From: an uncultured Coxiella sp.
GTDB lineage: Bacteria; Pseudomonadota; Gammaproteobacteria; Comchoanobacterales; Comchoanobacteraceae
Direction: 5' to 3'
Length of the DNA: 64,000 nucleotides
Assembly (NCBI GenBank): GCA_902538855.1
Contig: CACBGS010000005.1
Coordinates: forward strand, 435 to 64,434
The first letter of the stretch is position 1. Every line of letters starts with the position of its first letter. The notes under the pieces were generated by a model. The model was not told the DNA's origin and did not search any database. It saw nothing but the letters and a program-made list of their open reading frames with translations. A program made the position numbers and the translations under genes. Below, in pieces: positions 27,153 through 37,400 of the stretch.

Positions 27153-29363
27153 TTACCAACCCGAGGCAGACAAGCGTACCGCCACTGCTGGCCAACGGTA
27201 TTTTTGCAAGCTCCCACCAGTAATAATCTGATTTTTAGACACTTCAACCGCTGCTTGTAAACAACAACTTTTATACTCCCAACCTACCTTATAATATAAA
27301 TTCTTATTTGCATTATCAGTATAATTAATTCTAGTATACAACCGATAAGGACCCTTTACATATAAAGGATAAGCAAGACCTACCAAACGTGCATGTGAAA
27401 AATAAGAATCCTGATCATTGTTAAAAAGCAACACCCCAGGCTCTTCTATCCAATAAAATTGCATACTACCGCGCTGTATATGCAAATGTAGAGCATGCCA
27501 CTTACCAGCTTGCCAGTTCCACAACCCTTCTAACTTCATGGATCCATCACTACGCTGTAAGCCCCAATAAGTTATTTTACTACGATAGTGTACTTGCGGG
27601 TCTTCAAAACCATCAGAAGATAGGAAGACTTTATGTGGTGCTAATGGTAAAGTATGCGCAATATGTAAACGCCAATTACTCAGTCCAGCTACATTATCCC
27701 AATACCAAAAAAAATCTAAATCACTCTTATCACTAATCACATCAACCTGACGAAGAATATTAGACGCATAAGCCGACCAATACCACCTATTTTGAGTAAA
27801 AATAGGATCTTCAAGCTGTTTAATATTACGTGGAATATATAGATAATCCACCCCTATACGCATGCCCTCGTCATAGAGTAATGACCATTTAGCCTTCAGC
27901 CTTGGTATAAACCATCCACGTTTTTGCGCATATACATCATTGTAATTATATAAATACCGCAACCTATACCAACTACCTAATTCTGCTTGTAAATTACTAT
28001 AATTACTTTGTAGATCAAAATTAGCAGCATAGCCGCTATACATTAAATAGCGACTTGCTGTAACAGCAGGCGCAGGATTGGACAAAAACGAAATATTATC
28101 GTAGGTATAACCCCAAACTAAACCATTTTGAGGCTGATGCAGCCAATGTATATGTGGAAAACGATCATAATTTGGCAATCCATTTTGATCAATAGCCCAT
28201 TTCGGTGATTGAAAAAATCGTTTATACCAATATAAACCTATTTCTGCCTTATCATCACCTGCAGCATATTGCCAACTTATGTTATTAGCAAGACTCTGAT
28301 TAGGGCGCACAGACTCATCTTCTGCATTCAAAGTACTAGCATTATTTTTCCATAGTAGATGCCATGAAAGTAAACCACGCCATAAATCATATTTACCCCT
28401 ATGGGAAAGCCGCCAATAAAATTGCTTATCTTTAAACTTATAAAAACCATCCCAATCCCCTTTTGCAGAGCTAACAGCATCAAAAAAACTATCAGCTATT
28501 TGCATACCTACACTACCCCTATTAGTAAAGTAAGGATAAATCATCAAACGAGAGTCTTGTTGCTGATATTGTATACCAAAGCGAAACATACTATTTATAT
28601 AATCAAATTTTGGCGTCCAAGTTCGATGCTTTTTTTGTAAATATATATCATAATAATTAAGTGAAAACATATAAGTATTCATCATATAAAATTTAGGTTG
28701 TTCCAAACGTAGAAGTTTTTTATTAGCATCCCAAACCAACTTAGGCGATCGTATAAACCAGTCCATAGACTCTGGCGTACATGAAGTCATAAAAACCTCT
28801 TGCATTTTAGCATGCTCTAGCTGCTGCGCCTCCATCTGTTCAGCCCAGCCCCAAATACGCCTATTAGAAGAACCAAATAGTAAAAATAGCAAATCAGAAG
28901 CCTCATAACCTGCATCCTTTGCATATTGCGCAGTATTAGCTTGAATATAAATATCTTTACCCAACCAAGTTAACGGTTCATCTATTTTCCAACGCGTAAT
29001 ATCTCCTGCAGCATCTCTATATACCCTGAGAGAATCGCTACGCAACAAGTCATCTTTACGTTGCCAGGACACATTACCACTGAATGAACTCTCACCCTCA
29101 CCAAGCTTTACACTTGAAGTATCCGCTTGAAAAGTGTACTCCTCAGCAATTGGCTCAATAGCAACTTTTTTTATATTAGATAAACATGAACCATCCGCCT
29201 TACGCAACCAAGGCTGTAAGAAAGCCTGTACAGCATCTTTAGTTGCTAGACAGCGTTTTTCATTCTCAGCATATAAGTCAGTAATACAAAATACACTTAA
29301 TAAAAAAAACAACGCAAGCATATTGCCCAAGTGATAATTATCTTTATACTGTAGTAAACGCAT
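27153..29363 (-). CDS. lptD: LPS assembly outer-membrane protein LptD
   Basis: 736 aa. It has a signal peptide and an aromatic-rich beta-barrel composition with many W/Y-containing alternating strands. The position upstream of surA and divergent from an amgK-like gene matches Pseudomonas. Confidence 0.85.
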   Translation of the reverse strand: MRLLQYKDNYHLGNMLALFFLLSVFCITDLYAENEKRCLATKDAVQAFLQPWLRKADGSCLSNIKKVAIEPIAEEYTFQADTSSVKLGEGESSFSGNVSWQRKDDLLRSDSLRVYRDAAGDITRWKIDEPLTWLGKDIYIQANTAQYAKDAGYEASDLLFLLFGSSNRRIWGWAEQMEAQQLEHAKMQEVFMTSCTPESMDWFIRSPKLVWDANKKLLRLEQPKFYMMNTYMFSLNYYDIYLQKKHRTWTPKFDYINSMFRFGIQYQQQDSRLMIYPYFTNRGSVGMQIADSFFDAVSSAKGDWDGFYKFKDKQFYWRLSHRGKYDLWRGLLSWHLLWKNNASTLNAEDESVRPNQSLANNISWQYAAGDDKAEIGLYWYKRFFQSPKWAIDQNGLPNYDRFPHIHWLHQPQNGLVWGYTYDNISFLSNPAPAVTASRYLMYSGYAANFDLQSNYSNLQAELGSWYRLRYLYNYNDVYAQKRGWFIPRLKAKWSLLYDEGMRIGVDYLYIPRNIKQLEDPIFTQNRWYWSAYASNILRQVDVISDKSDLDFFWYWDNVAGLSNWRLHIAHTLPLAPHKVFLSSDGFEDPQVHYRSKITYWGLQRSDGSMKLEGLWNWQAGKWHALHLHIQRGSMQFYWIEEPGVLLFNNDQDSYFSHARLVGLAYPLYVKGPYRLYTRINYTDNANKNLYYKVGWEYKSCCLQAAVEVSKNQIITGGSLQKYRWPAVAVRLSASGW

Positions 29364-29391
29364 TTACTAATCCTACTTTTGGCACTGCAAC

Positions 29392-30393
29392 ATGGTAAAC
29401 ATATCTTATTTCTCCAAAGATCAACAAATCTGGCTTGAACAAAACTTAAACGCTCTTCAATACCGCATACAAGGTATTCAGCCATTAAAAGAACACGCCG
29501 ATCATCGAAAATATTACCGTATAATCACCCAAAGAGATAGTATTATCTGTATGCAATCCTCAGCTCTATTCAATCTTAAACAATTTATTCATAGCAGTAC
29601 ATTACTAAAAAAATCAAATATTCCAGTTGCTAACATACTAGCAACCAGCACAGAACTTGGCATGAGCTTACTAACTGATCTTGGCCCAACAGCCCTATTA
29701 TCTCTAGCAAAAACAAGAAACCCTGATTATATTTTTTACTACCAACAAAGTATCGATTGCCTTATAAATTGGCAGCAACAAACACCATCAACTTATAATT
29801 ATCCCACCTATGATCATCACAAAGCCGGCCATGATGCACAACTTTGCTTAGAATGGTTTTGCCAAAATTGGGCACATACCCAGCTAAGCAAACACCAAAA
29901 ACAAATATGGGATGACAGCCTTACTTACCTTCTTGAAAACTGGAAACAAACACCACTAACGCTATGTCATAGAGACTATCACAGCGATAATCTACTAATC
30001 AGCAGCGACAAAATAAGTATAATAGACCATCAAGACCTAGCCTATGGGCCACTCTATTATGATATTGCATCTCTGATAACCGATCATTATTTCAGCCATA
30101 GTGACAAGGTAAAAAAACTATTATTAGCATACTACCTCAAGAAAACAGTAGGTGTGGAGCAAAGCGATATACACAAACAATACCACAGCATAGTATACCA
30201 AAGGCACTTAAAAAACTTAGGCATATTTTGCCGCCTCCATTGTAGAGACAACAAAAGCTGGTATCTAAAATATCTACCAAGACTGATTCAAACTATGGAA
30301 CAATGCGCAATAGAACTACCTATACTAGCTCCACTACAAAAAATAATATCTAATATCTATCTAAATAGACTTAGTCTTCAGAAAGCTGCTTAG
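29392..30393 (+). CDS. Aminoglycoside-phosphotransferase-fold kinase, AmgK-like (anomeric MurNAc/GlcNAc kinase)
   Basis: 333 aa. LCHRDYHSDNLL...IIDHQDLAYGPLYYDIASLITD matches the HRDYHSRNLM...IDFQDA.GP.TYD..SLL.D pattern of AmgK. Its position divergent from lptD matches P. aeruginosa. No murU follows. Confidence 0.65.
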   Translation: MVNISYFSKDQQIWLEQNLNALQYRIQGIQPLKEHADHRKYYRIITQRDSIICMQSSALFNLKQFIHSSTLLKKSNIPVANILATSTELGMSLLTDLGPTALLSLAKTRNPDYIFYYQQSIDCLINWQQQTPSTYNYPTYDHHKAGHDAQLCLEWFCQNWAHTQLSKHQKQIWDDSLTYLLENWKQTPLTLCHRDYHSDNLLISSDKISIIDHQDLAYGPLYYDIASLITDHYFSHSDKVKKLLLAYYLKKTVGVEQSDIHKQYHSIVYQRHLKNLGIFCRLHCRDNKSWYLKYLPRLIQTMEQCAIELPILAPLQKIISNIYLNRLSLQKAA

Positions 30394-31567
30394 TAAAGTC
30401 ATAATATAAAGCAACACCTGCAGCATAGACTGGCTTAGTATCAAAAGAGTAAGTTGCACCTCCAGTATCCGTACCTGAAACCTGGAAACGCTCAAGATAA
30501 GCCCTAATACCACCTCTACCAAGACGTTTGTTAGCCGCCACAGTATAGCCAACCACAGCCCCATTAGTTGCCGATGTACTTACCGCATCATTTTGATAAT
30601 TAAACACGCCTAACAATCTTTTGGTAACACCTAAACCTAAAGTTAGCGGCCCATAGGAAGAAAGCTCTAAAAAGGTATAATCAATACCAGTAAACCACTC
30701 TTTTATAGTTGGTTGGTTTATTTTTGATAATAACCAGGCATAATTATACACCCAGTCAATATAGCCAAGAGACAGCTTACCAGCTGTTTCTACATAGCGA
30801 CTTCCTTGATAAATTGGGCACGCAGTAGTAAACCCATTATCTCCACCCAAGGGATTTACACATTCACCAGGCATATTATTTGCATACGATAGCATCATCA
30901 CCCATCGCGCAAAACTACCATCATAAATAAACTTGGCACCAGCCTCAGTTATATCACTATAATCAAGAGCATGAGCAACACTCAATTCAATATTAGCTGT
31001 TGGCAATATATACCTAAGCATAGGTCGATAGCCCACACCACCAATGGGACCAAAACTGATAAAATCCTTCACTGTACCTACACTAGTTTTATCAGCTTTT
31101 CTTATAACCAAGGCAGTGGCTGCATCTTCAAAAAAGTATGATCTTACACCTGACTCAAGCTGCGTTGCTGTCATCATAGACAAAGATGGCCCTGCCAACC
31201 TACCTAAGGATACAACGCCCCATTTAGAGGAAACCATATGCACACCATAGGTCATAGCCCGTAAAAATGGATCTGCTACTTCAGAGAGCAAAACTGCAGA
31301 AAAATCGCCTCTAAGATATAAACTATCTGAAACCTTAGTATTAGCAGAAACCTCTCCATTAGTACGATTCCACAATGCATAATTAGCAACAGCATATGTA
31401 CCATCCGTACTCACACTATTTTGTGTTTGTGAATAACCATAAGCAAAGTTTATACTTCCAGAGAAATCATCATCTAAATCAGGAAATACAGAAATCAAAT
31501 CCACTTCTGCAAAAGCAAAACTACATAACATTGCCATAAATACGAAACAATATCTTTTCAACTTCAT
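30371..31567 (-). CDS. Putative outer-membrane beta-barrel protein (porin-like)
   Basis: Start chosen at MKLKRYCFVFMAMLCSFAFA, a signal peptide (the ORF track starts 12 codons earlier). It shows alternating aromatic/small-residue strands and a near-terminal YYDF. Its 3' end overlaps the convergent amgK-like gene by 23 nt. Confidence 0.55.
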   Translation of the reverse strand: MKLKRYCFVFMAMLCSFAFAEVDLISVFPDLDDDFSGSINFAYGYSQTQNSVSTDGTYAVANYALWNRTNGEVSANTKVSDSLYLRGDFSAVLLSEVADPFLRAMTYGVHMVSSKWGVVSLGRLAGPSLSMMTATQLESGVRSYFFEDAATALVIRKADKTSVGTVKDFISFGPIGGVGYRPMLRYILPTANIELSVAHALDYSDITEAGAKFIYDGSFARWVMMLSYANNMPGECVNPLGGDNGFTTACPIYQGSRYVETAGKLSLGYIDWVYNYAWLLSKINQPTIKEWFTGIDYTFLELSSYGPLTLGLGVTKRLLGVFNYQNDAVSTSATNGAVVGYTVAANKRLGRGGIRAYLERFQVSGTDTGGATYSFDTKPVYAAGVALYYDFTKQLSED

Positions 31568-31712
31568 CGATCTCATCCTTGCCCAATCTATACAAAACAA
31601 CATAATACCCTATTATTGTCAATAATTGTAGAGCAATATACTGGCAAAAAAGGGCTATGATTGCACTACTAATATTAATTTGTTAATATATAGTAAAATC
31701 TGGTAAAACTTA

Positions 31713-32324
31713 ATGCAAGATATTACTGATAACAACAGCATACTTACTGAATTAGTATGGCAAAAACTACAAGCAGGGGTCAACAGCCGTAAGTCCCCGT
31801 ATCATGTATTAAGTTGCAGTTATATCAGCTTAGAAAACAAACCCAGAACCTGCCATATAGTGATTCGCAGAGTATATCCAAAAACTAGAAAAATGCATTT
31901 TCACACCGATATTAGAAACAAAAAAGTTGCCCATCTCCAAAACAACCCTAATATTGCATGCTGTGTATATAGTAAGGAAGAAAAACTACAGATTAAAATA
32001 TATGGTAAAGCCAATATACAAAATCAAACTAAATTCACCAGAGAAGTCTGGGATAAAATGCAGAATATATCTAAAATTTGCTACGCTAATGACAAAGCGC
32101 CAGGAAGCGAACAACAAAAAATAACCAATGGCTTTAGCAAACATCGCTGGGAAAATCGCTTTGAACTCATCCATGAAGAAAGCACATATGCTAATTTTTC
32201 TATAGTAGAGATAGATATTGAAGAAATAGAAATTGTACATCTAGCAATAACTGGTCATCATAGGCATGTATCCACATGGAATGCTGAACAACAACAATGG
32301 AATAATTGCTGGCTTGCACCATAA
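31713..32324 (+). CDS. Pyridoxamine 5'-phosphate oxidase-like FMN-binding split-barrel protein
   Basis: 203 aa. The layout is typical of PNPOx-related proteins (SPYHVLSCSY..RTCHIVIRRV...FHTDIRNKKVAHLQNNPN...LQIKIYG). Motif-level call only. Confidence 0.55.
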   Translation: MQDITDNNSILTELVWQKLQAGVNSRKSPYHVLSCSYISLENKPRTCHIVIRRVYPKTRKMHFHTDIRNKKVAHLQNNPNIACCVYSKEEKLQIKIYGKANIQNQTKFTREVWDKMQNISKICYANDKAPGSEQQKITNGFSKHRWENRFELIHEESTYANFSIVEIDIEEIEIVHLAITGHHRHVSTWNAEQQQWNNCWLAP

Positions 32325-32338
32325 AAACAGGACACCCC

Positions 32339-32983
32339 ATGACAGAGAACAAGCGTAATTGCGCATACCAACGCCGTACTGGCAAATTAAGCCCTAGACA
32401 AAAGCAACTGCTAGCAACAAGCCCTTATCTTATTAAAGACCATAGCCAACCCATAGACAAAAAAATATTTAATAATAAAAACCCTATCTACTGTGAGATT
32501 GGTTTTGGCAAAGGCCATTTTCTTATCGAACAAGCCTGCAAAAATAGTAGTAATAATTACTTAGGCATAGACCTATACCAGCCCGGCGTGGCATGCATTC
32601 TTGGGCATATAGAAGATAAAAATATTACTAACTTACATATTATACAGCAAGATGCTTATGAAGTATTAGAGCACATGATACATGAACATTCTATTCAGCA
32701 CATTGACATATTACATCCTGATCCTTGGCCAAAAAAAAGGCATCATAAAAGGCGTCTTATCAGCAAAGAATTTCTACAATTGCTTCTTTCACGCCTAGTG
32801 AATAATGGCACGTGCCGGATTGTTTCTGACGACAGCAGTTATACGCTATGGATAGCTGAAATCATTACCGCTATGCAACTGCCATGCACCCGTGTGGAAG
32901 ATATTAAAGCCTTCACAAAATATGGCAATAAGGCTGAAAAAATACAAAATACCATTACCAGCTTCACTATTAAAGCAAAGTAA
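32339..32983 (+). CDS. trmB: tRNA (guanine46-N7)-methyltransferase TrmB
   Basis: Motifs include EIGFGKGHFL (SAM site), LGIDLY, and LHPDPWPKKRHHKRRLI, the hallmark FPDPW.KKRH.KRR motif. Start set to the MTENKR ATG to avoid overlap with the upstream gene; the ORF track starts at 32306. Confidence 0.85.
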   Translation: MTENKRNCAYQRRTGKLSPRQKQLLATSPYLIKDHSQPIDKKIFNNKNPIYCEIGFGKGHFLIEQACKNSSNNYLGIDLYQPGVACILGHIEDKNITNLHIIQQDAYEVLEHMIHEHSIQHIDILHPDPWPKKRHHKRRLISKEFLQLLLSRLVNNGTCRIVSDDSSYTLWIAEIITAMQLPCTRVEDIKAFTKYGNKAEKIQNTITSFTIKAK

Positions 32984-33084
32984 ACAACGAAAAGTATTAA
33001 GAAAAAATACTACAAAGCTTACAACGGCTTGCTTTGTGCAAGCTTTACAGTACAATAACGTTATTACTACAGCTGAGAAACACA

Positions 33085-33396
33085 ATGCAACTATACCTCA
33101 TTGCACTACTAATTTGCTTTACTAACATATTTATAACCGCATGCTCTGATTCCTACAGATACAACAATAGCCAGCAAGGCACACTACATGCAACCCAAAA
33201 CTGGGAGAGCATTAAAATCGGCATGAGCAAAAAGCAAGTACAAGAGACATTAGGTAAGGCGCACATACACCCATTTAACAATAATATATGGACCTATACC
33301 CACTTAATCAATGGCAAAGTATCAGATCAAGCAAGTATACTTTATTTTAAAAATGATAAACTAGAAAAAATAGAAGTACTACAAAAGAAAAGCTAG
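33085..33396 (+). CDS. bamE: Outer-membrane lipoprotein BamE (SmpA/OmlA family)
   Basis: Start chosen at MQLYLIALLICFTNIFITAC (lipobox ITAC). GMSKKQVQETLGKAH is the typical BamE block. The neighbourhood bamE/ratA/smpB matches E. coli. Confidence 0.7.
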   Translation: MQLYLIALLICFTNIFITACSDSYRYNNSQQGTLHATQNWESIKIGMSKKQVQETLGKAHIHPFNNNIWTYTHLINGKVSDQASILYFKNDKLEKIEVLQKKS

Positions 33397-33833
33397 CTAG
33401 ATTTAATATAAACCTGCTCAGCCCTTTGTACAAAAACGCTTACCAAGCGCTCAGTTAAGTTATCAAACATATTATTAAAAACCAGATCTAAGCCATATGA
33501 ACGCAACTTAAAGTCAAGATCCAATACCACCTCACAACCACCAGCCACTGCATTAAACTGCCAAGTACCGTATAAATGCTCCAATGGTCCTTCCATTAAA
33601 TTCAATTCTATCTTAACGGGTTTAGTGCAGATATTACGAGTTTTAAGAGTATAGTGCATACCAAAGCGGGCAAATACCAACACCCCACAAACCTCTTCTT
33701 TATCTTCAGACGCAACATAACCCTGAACACACCAAGGGACAAATTCTGGGTAGGAAGCAATATCATACACCAGAGCATACATTTGCTCAGCGGTGTAAGG
33801 CACCATAGCTTTTCGACAAACATGGTATTGCAT
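33393..33833 (-). CDS. ratA: SRPBCC/START-fold protein RatA (Coq10-like) family
   Basis: 146 aa. The N-terminal V.YTAEQMYALVYDIASYPEFVPWC is the conserved polyketide-cyclase/Coq10 start. It is adjacent to smpB. Confidence 0.75.
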   Translation of the reverse strand: MQYHVCRKAMVPYTAEQMYALVYDIASYPEFVPWCVQGYVASEDKEEVCGVLVFARFGMHYTLKTRNICTKPVKIELNLMEGPLEHLYGTWQFNAVAGGCEVVLDLDFKLRSYGLDLVFNNMFDNLTERLVSVFVQRAEQVYIKSS

Positions 33834-33987
33834 ATATTACCTCTAAAAACATCAGACAAAGATTATAACACTATAGTGTAGAAACAACAGCCCCTAGAAG
33901 AAACTACAATATTTATATAATTTACAGAAAAAAAGTGTTATAATGAATACCTGTTTATGTTAAACGGACCAAAAAAAGGCAATAGCC

Positions 33988-34464
33988 ATGGCAAAAAAAA
34001 ACAGCTCCAACGACGTTATTATTCAAAATCGCAAAGCATTTCATGATTATATTATTCATGATAAATTTGAAGCAGGACTAGTTCTTGAAGGCTGGGAAGT
34101 AAAAGCAATCAAAGCTAATCGCGCTCAGATACAAGATAGCTATATAACAGTTAAAGAAAATGCTTGCTGGCTATTAGGCGCACATATAACCCCTCTTAAC
34201 ACCACAGCACAATTCTCTAATCCTGATCCAACCAGAACCCGTAAACTTCTCTTGCATAAAAGAGAAGTAGGCAAGTTGTTTGGACAACATAAAATCAAAG
34301 GCCAGACCATTGTACCTCTACGCATGTACTCGAAGAAAGGCCTTATAAAAATTGAAATAGCGCTGACAACTGGCAAAAAGCTACATGACAAACGCCAAGC
34401 AGACAAAGAGCGCACTTGGAAAAGAGAAAAACAAAGTATTAAACACTTTGGGAAAGACGGGTAG
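33988..34464 (+). CDS. smpB: SsrA-binding protein SmpB
   Basis: 158 aa. Blocks include IIQNRKAFHDYII..FEAGLVLEGWEVKA, DPTRTRKLLLHKRE and GLIKIEIALTTGKKLHDKR. Confidence 0.95.
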   Translation: MAKKNSSNDVIIQNRKAFHDYIIHDKFEAGLVLEGWEVKAIKANRAQIQDSYITVKENACWLLGAHITPLNTTAQFSNPDPTRTRKLLLHKREVGKLFGQHKIKGQTIVPLRMYSKKGLIKIEIALTTGKKLHDKRQADKERTWKREKQSIKHFGKDG

Positions 34465-37400
34465 AATTCTCAACACTTTCTGGCATAACAGTAGGGTTTT
34501 TATTCTCAGGTACTGGTATTGCAATAACAGGAATTTGTGAGGAAGGCTTATAATCACTCAAATAACCCTTAATAGAACTTTTAGTAAACATACTTACACA
34601 TACCGGCAAGAACCATAATGCACTTACTGACATCGCAACAAAGGTCAATGGCGTCGATGTATAGGTAAGCATTAAAGAACCAACACCAATTGCAAACAAT
34701 GCCAAGCCATGACGCAAGTTAAAATTAGCCACTATATACTCACGATAATTTATGGCATAGAGATTTTTTGGTGCATTATAAATACCAGACAACCCCATAG
34801 ATAAATAGTCCATAAGCGCTAATGATATAATCGATACTAAGAAAACAGCTGCTGCTGGCAGATAATATATTTTGGTCAATAAAGTTTTAAAACTATCTAG
34901 CGTACGTTTCATATTAGCAACAAAGTTCTTCCTATAAACTGAATAAAAAAGAGCTGCCGGGATACACAACACCCCAACTAATATCTGTAATAGCGCAGCA
35001 AACCATTTGCTTAACTCTTTTCTTTTTAACACCATACCAGAGATAAAACTTGCCGCCCTTTTTGGCAGTGGGCAAAATTTTCTTATCAGCGCAGACATAC
35101 AGCCCACTTTTTCTGAACTACAAGCAGAATACAAAGATAAACGATTGAGAGTAGTTTCAATTTTAGCAGAATCCCCCTTAGGACGCAGCATACCATCTAA
35201 TAACACTTGATACATCATTAGCTGACTACCTGAAGACATGTGCCTTTCAAAATCAACGCGATCTACCGCATGATATAAGTATGAGCTACCCTGAGAAAAA
35301 TAGTTTAAAAGCTCACTAGAATCTTCAAAATCCAGATTCACACCAATTGATCCGAGCAAACGTTTAAACAGTAACTTTTTAGCATTTGGATGGGCATCTC
35401 CCAAAATAGCAATCAAATTCTCATTTACTGAACTGAAATAAGAACTTTGTTTGATTTTTACAGCCAGCGCATAGCGATCACTCTCTGAACCCTGCAGCGA
35501 GGAAATATCCAAACACAACTCTTTAAAGTTTTGATCAGACAATGCAAGCAAAGATCTAACCAGCTCTCTAGCATAAACACCTAAATCTGAGCTTGCTTGA
35601 TATTCATTACCAGCTAATAAATCTCCAACAACAGTATCATTAATGACTTTGCAGAAAAAGTCTTGCGTCTCTTGATGCTTTCTTAATTTATTCAGTACAG
35701 CCAAAGCTTGGGCATTCTCAACCACTGCTGTATCTACTAACCAAAGCTTTGAAATACGTAATAAAAGATCACTAGGCAAACCACTTTCTAATATATTAGC
35801 CCCAGTATAAGTAGTCATGTCTACTGCTGACTGGAATATACTAACCAGTATGTCATCAAAAGGAGCAGAATTAACAAGAAAGTTCATACATTCTGCAATG
35901 TAGGCATGACTAAAGTTTACATTTAACCCAGCTCTAGAACTACCAGCAACTTCAGGTGTAAAGCAAGCCTTAAAACCGGTTAAAGCAGCATGTAAATTGT
36001 TTAATACTGGCTGTTGTAATAATTGTTGCAACATTATTTGCATATAATGCTTTTCCACAGGCGCAACTATCTTTGCAGTCGCTGAGTTTTTACGCAGTAT
36101 CTCATCCAGAATAGCCACCATGGTTTGCTTATCTAGGCTGCCTGTATCCACACGATTACTATTGATAATATTTCTCGTAACACATTCTGCTAATTGCACA
36201 TTATCATATAAATCCATTTGTACTGCATTAGCATCTGCCGAACCAGTCATAGCACTTTGCATCATAGCTATCATAGACTGAGAAATATAAGAGTGTTTTT
36301 TTGCGATATCACGATAATTATGTAACAACTTTTGTGATCTACCAGCAAATAAATCAGCACATAGCTTACATAAGGCAAGCATATCATTACAGTTATAGCG
36401 AGTTTGTGAATTATCAGATTTCTTATAGCCAGAATTACTTAATTGAATAAATTCATAAATACCAATAATATTCTCTCGTCTTTTAGTATCATCTTCTGGC
36501 AATATAGTACTAAGGAGATAATATATAAAATCTGGCATATCACCTTTGTGGCTGAAAGCATCGATAGATTTTTTAAGCCATGGTATTTGCATAAATGATT
36601 GGTATGCCTGTTTTGACACACAACTAGCTGCGGGTAAAGGCAGCATATCCAAGCTTGTATTCTTTGCATACACAGCTAAAAGGTTTATCATATCATTATT
36701 AGGTATATCATTATCTTTTCTTATTGTTGATAATAATAAATTCTCAACTGCGCCGACACCTAGCTTTCTTTGATCTCCTGGTAGTTGTGGAGCAACCAAC
36801 ATATGTAGAGTATTTGCCGTTATTGAACTAAAAAACGGCATAATAGCAGACATAGCATGATAATTATTATCATGCATAAAGATTGAACGTAACAAGCGCT
36901 CCCAAGCTATGTTATTATGAAACACTTGGCTATTTCGCATAATAAAATCAGGATATTTAGAGACAAAACCAGCGATTGTATTATACAGAAACTCCTGGGT
37001 ATCCAATTGACTTTTAGTAGCTTCTTCCAAAGTAAAGAAAGAAACAATTTCTAGAAAATCCGATACAAGTTCTTTAGTATGCGCAGGATCACCATCAGCA
37101 CGAATAATTTCTTGATTTATAGCGTTAAGTAAAGGCTTAGTAAAGTCTTTACGCAGGTTAATAAGTATAACTTGAGCATCAGAGAGCTGCTGAGCTTCCC
37201 GAAAGGCATGTATCCTACTTCCTTCTGATACCATAGTAAAAGCAAGCACACCATCTAAAAAACCGGCGTTATCAGCAGAAAGAGCTTCTGAAAAACCTGA
37301 AAAATCCTGCATAATCTTTTGCTTAACTTGTCGTAACAGCATATTAGGCAACTGCGGCAACACAACTTCCAGAGTATTTTTTGTGTTTTCTTCTATAATA

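Noticed and set aside
33608..33881. ORFs 33608-33859 (-) and 33654-33881 (+) overlapping the ratA-like gene
   Set aside because: They overlap a conserved SRPBCC gene in alternative frames or strand, and no motifs support them.
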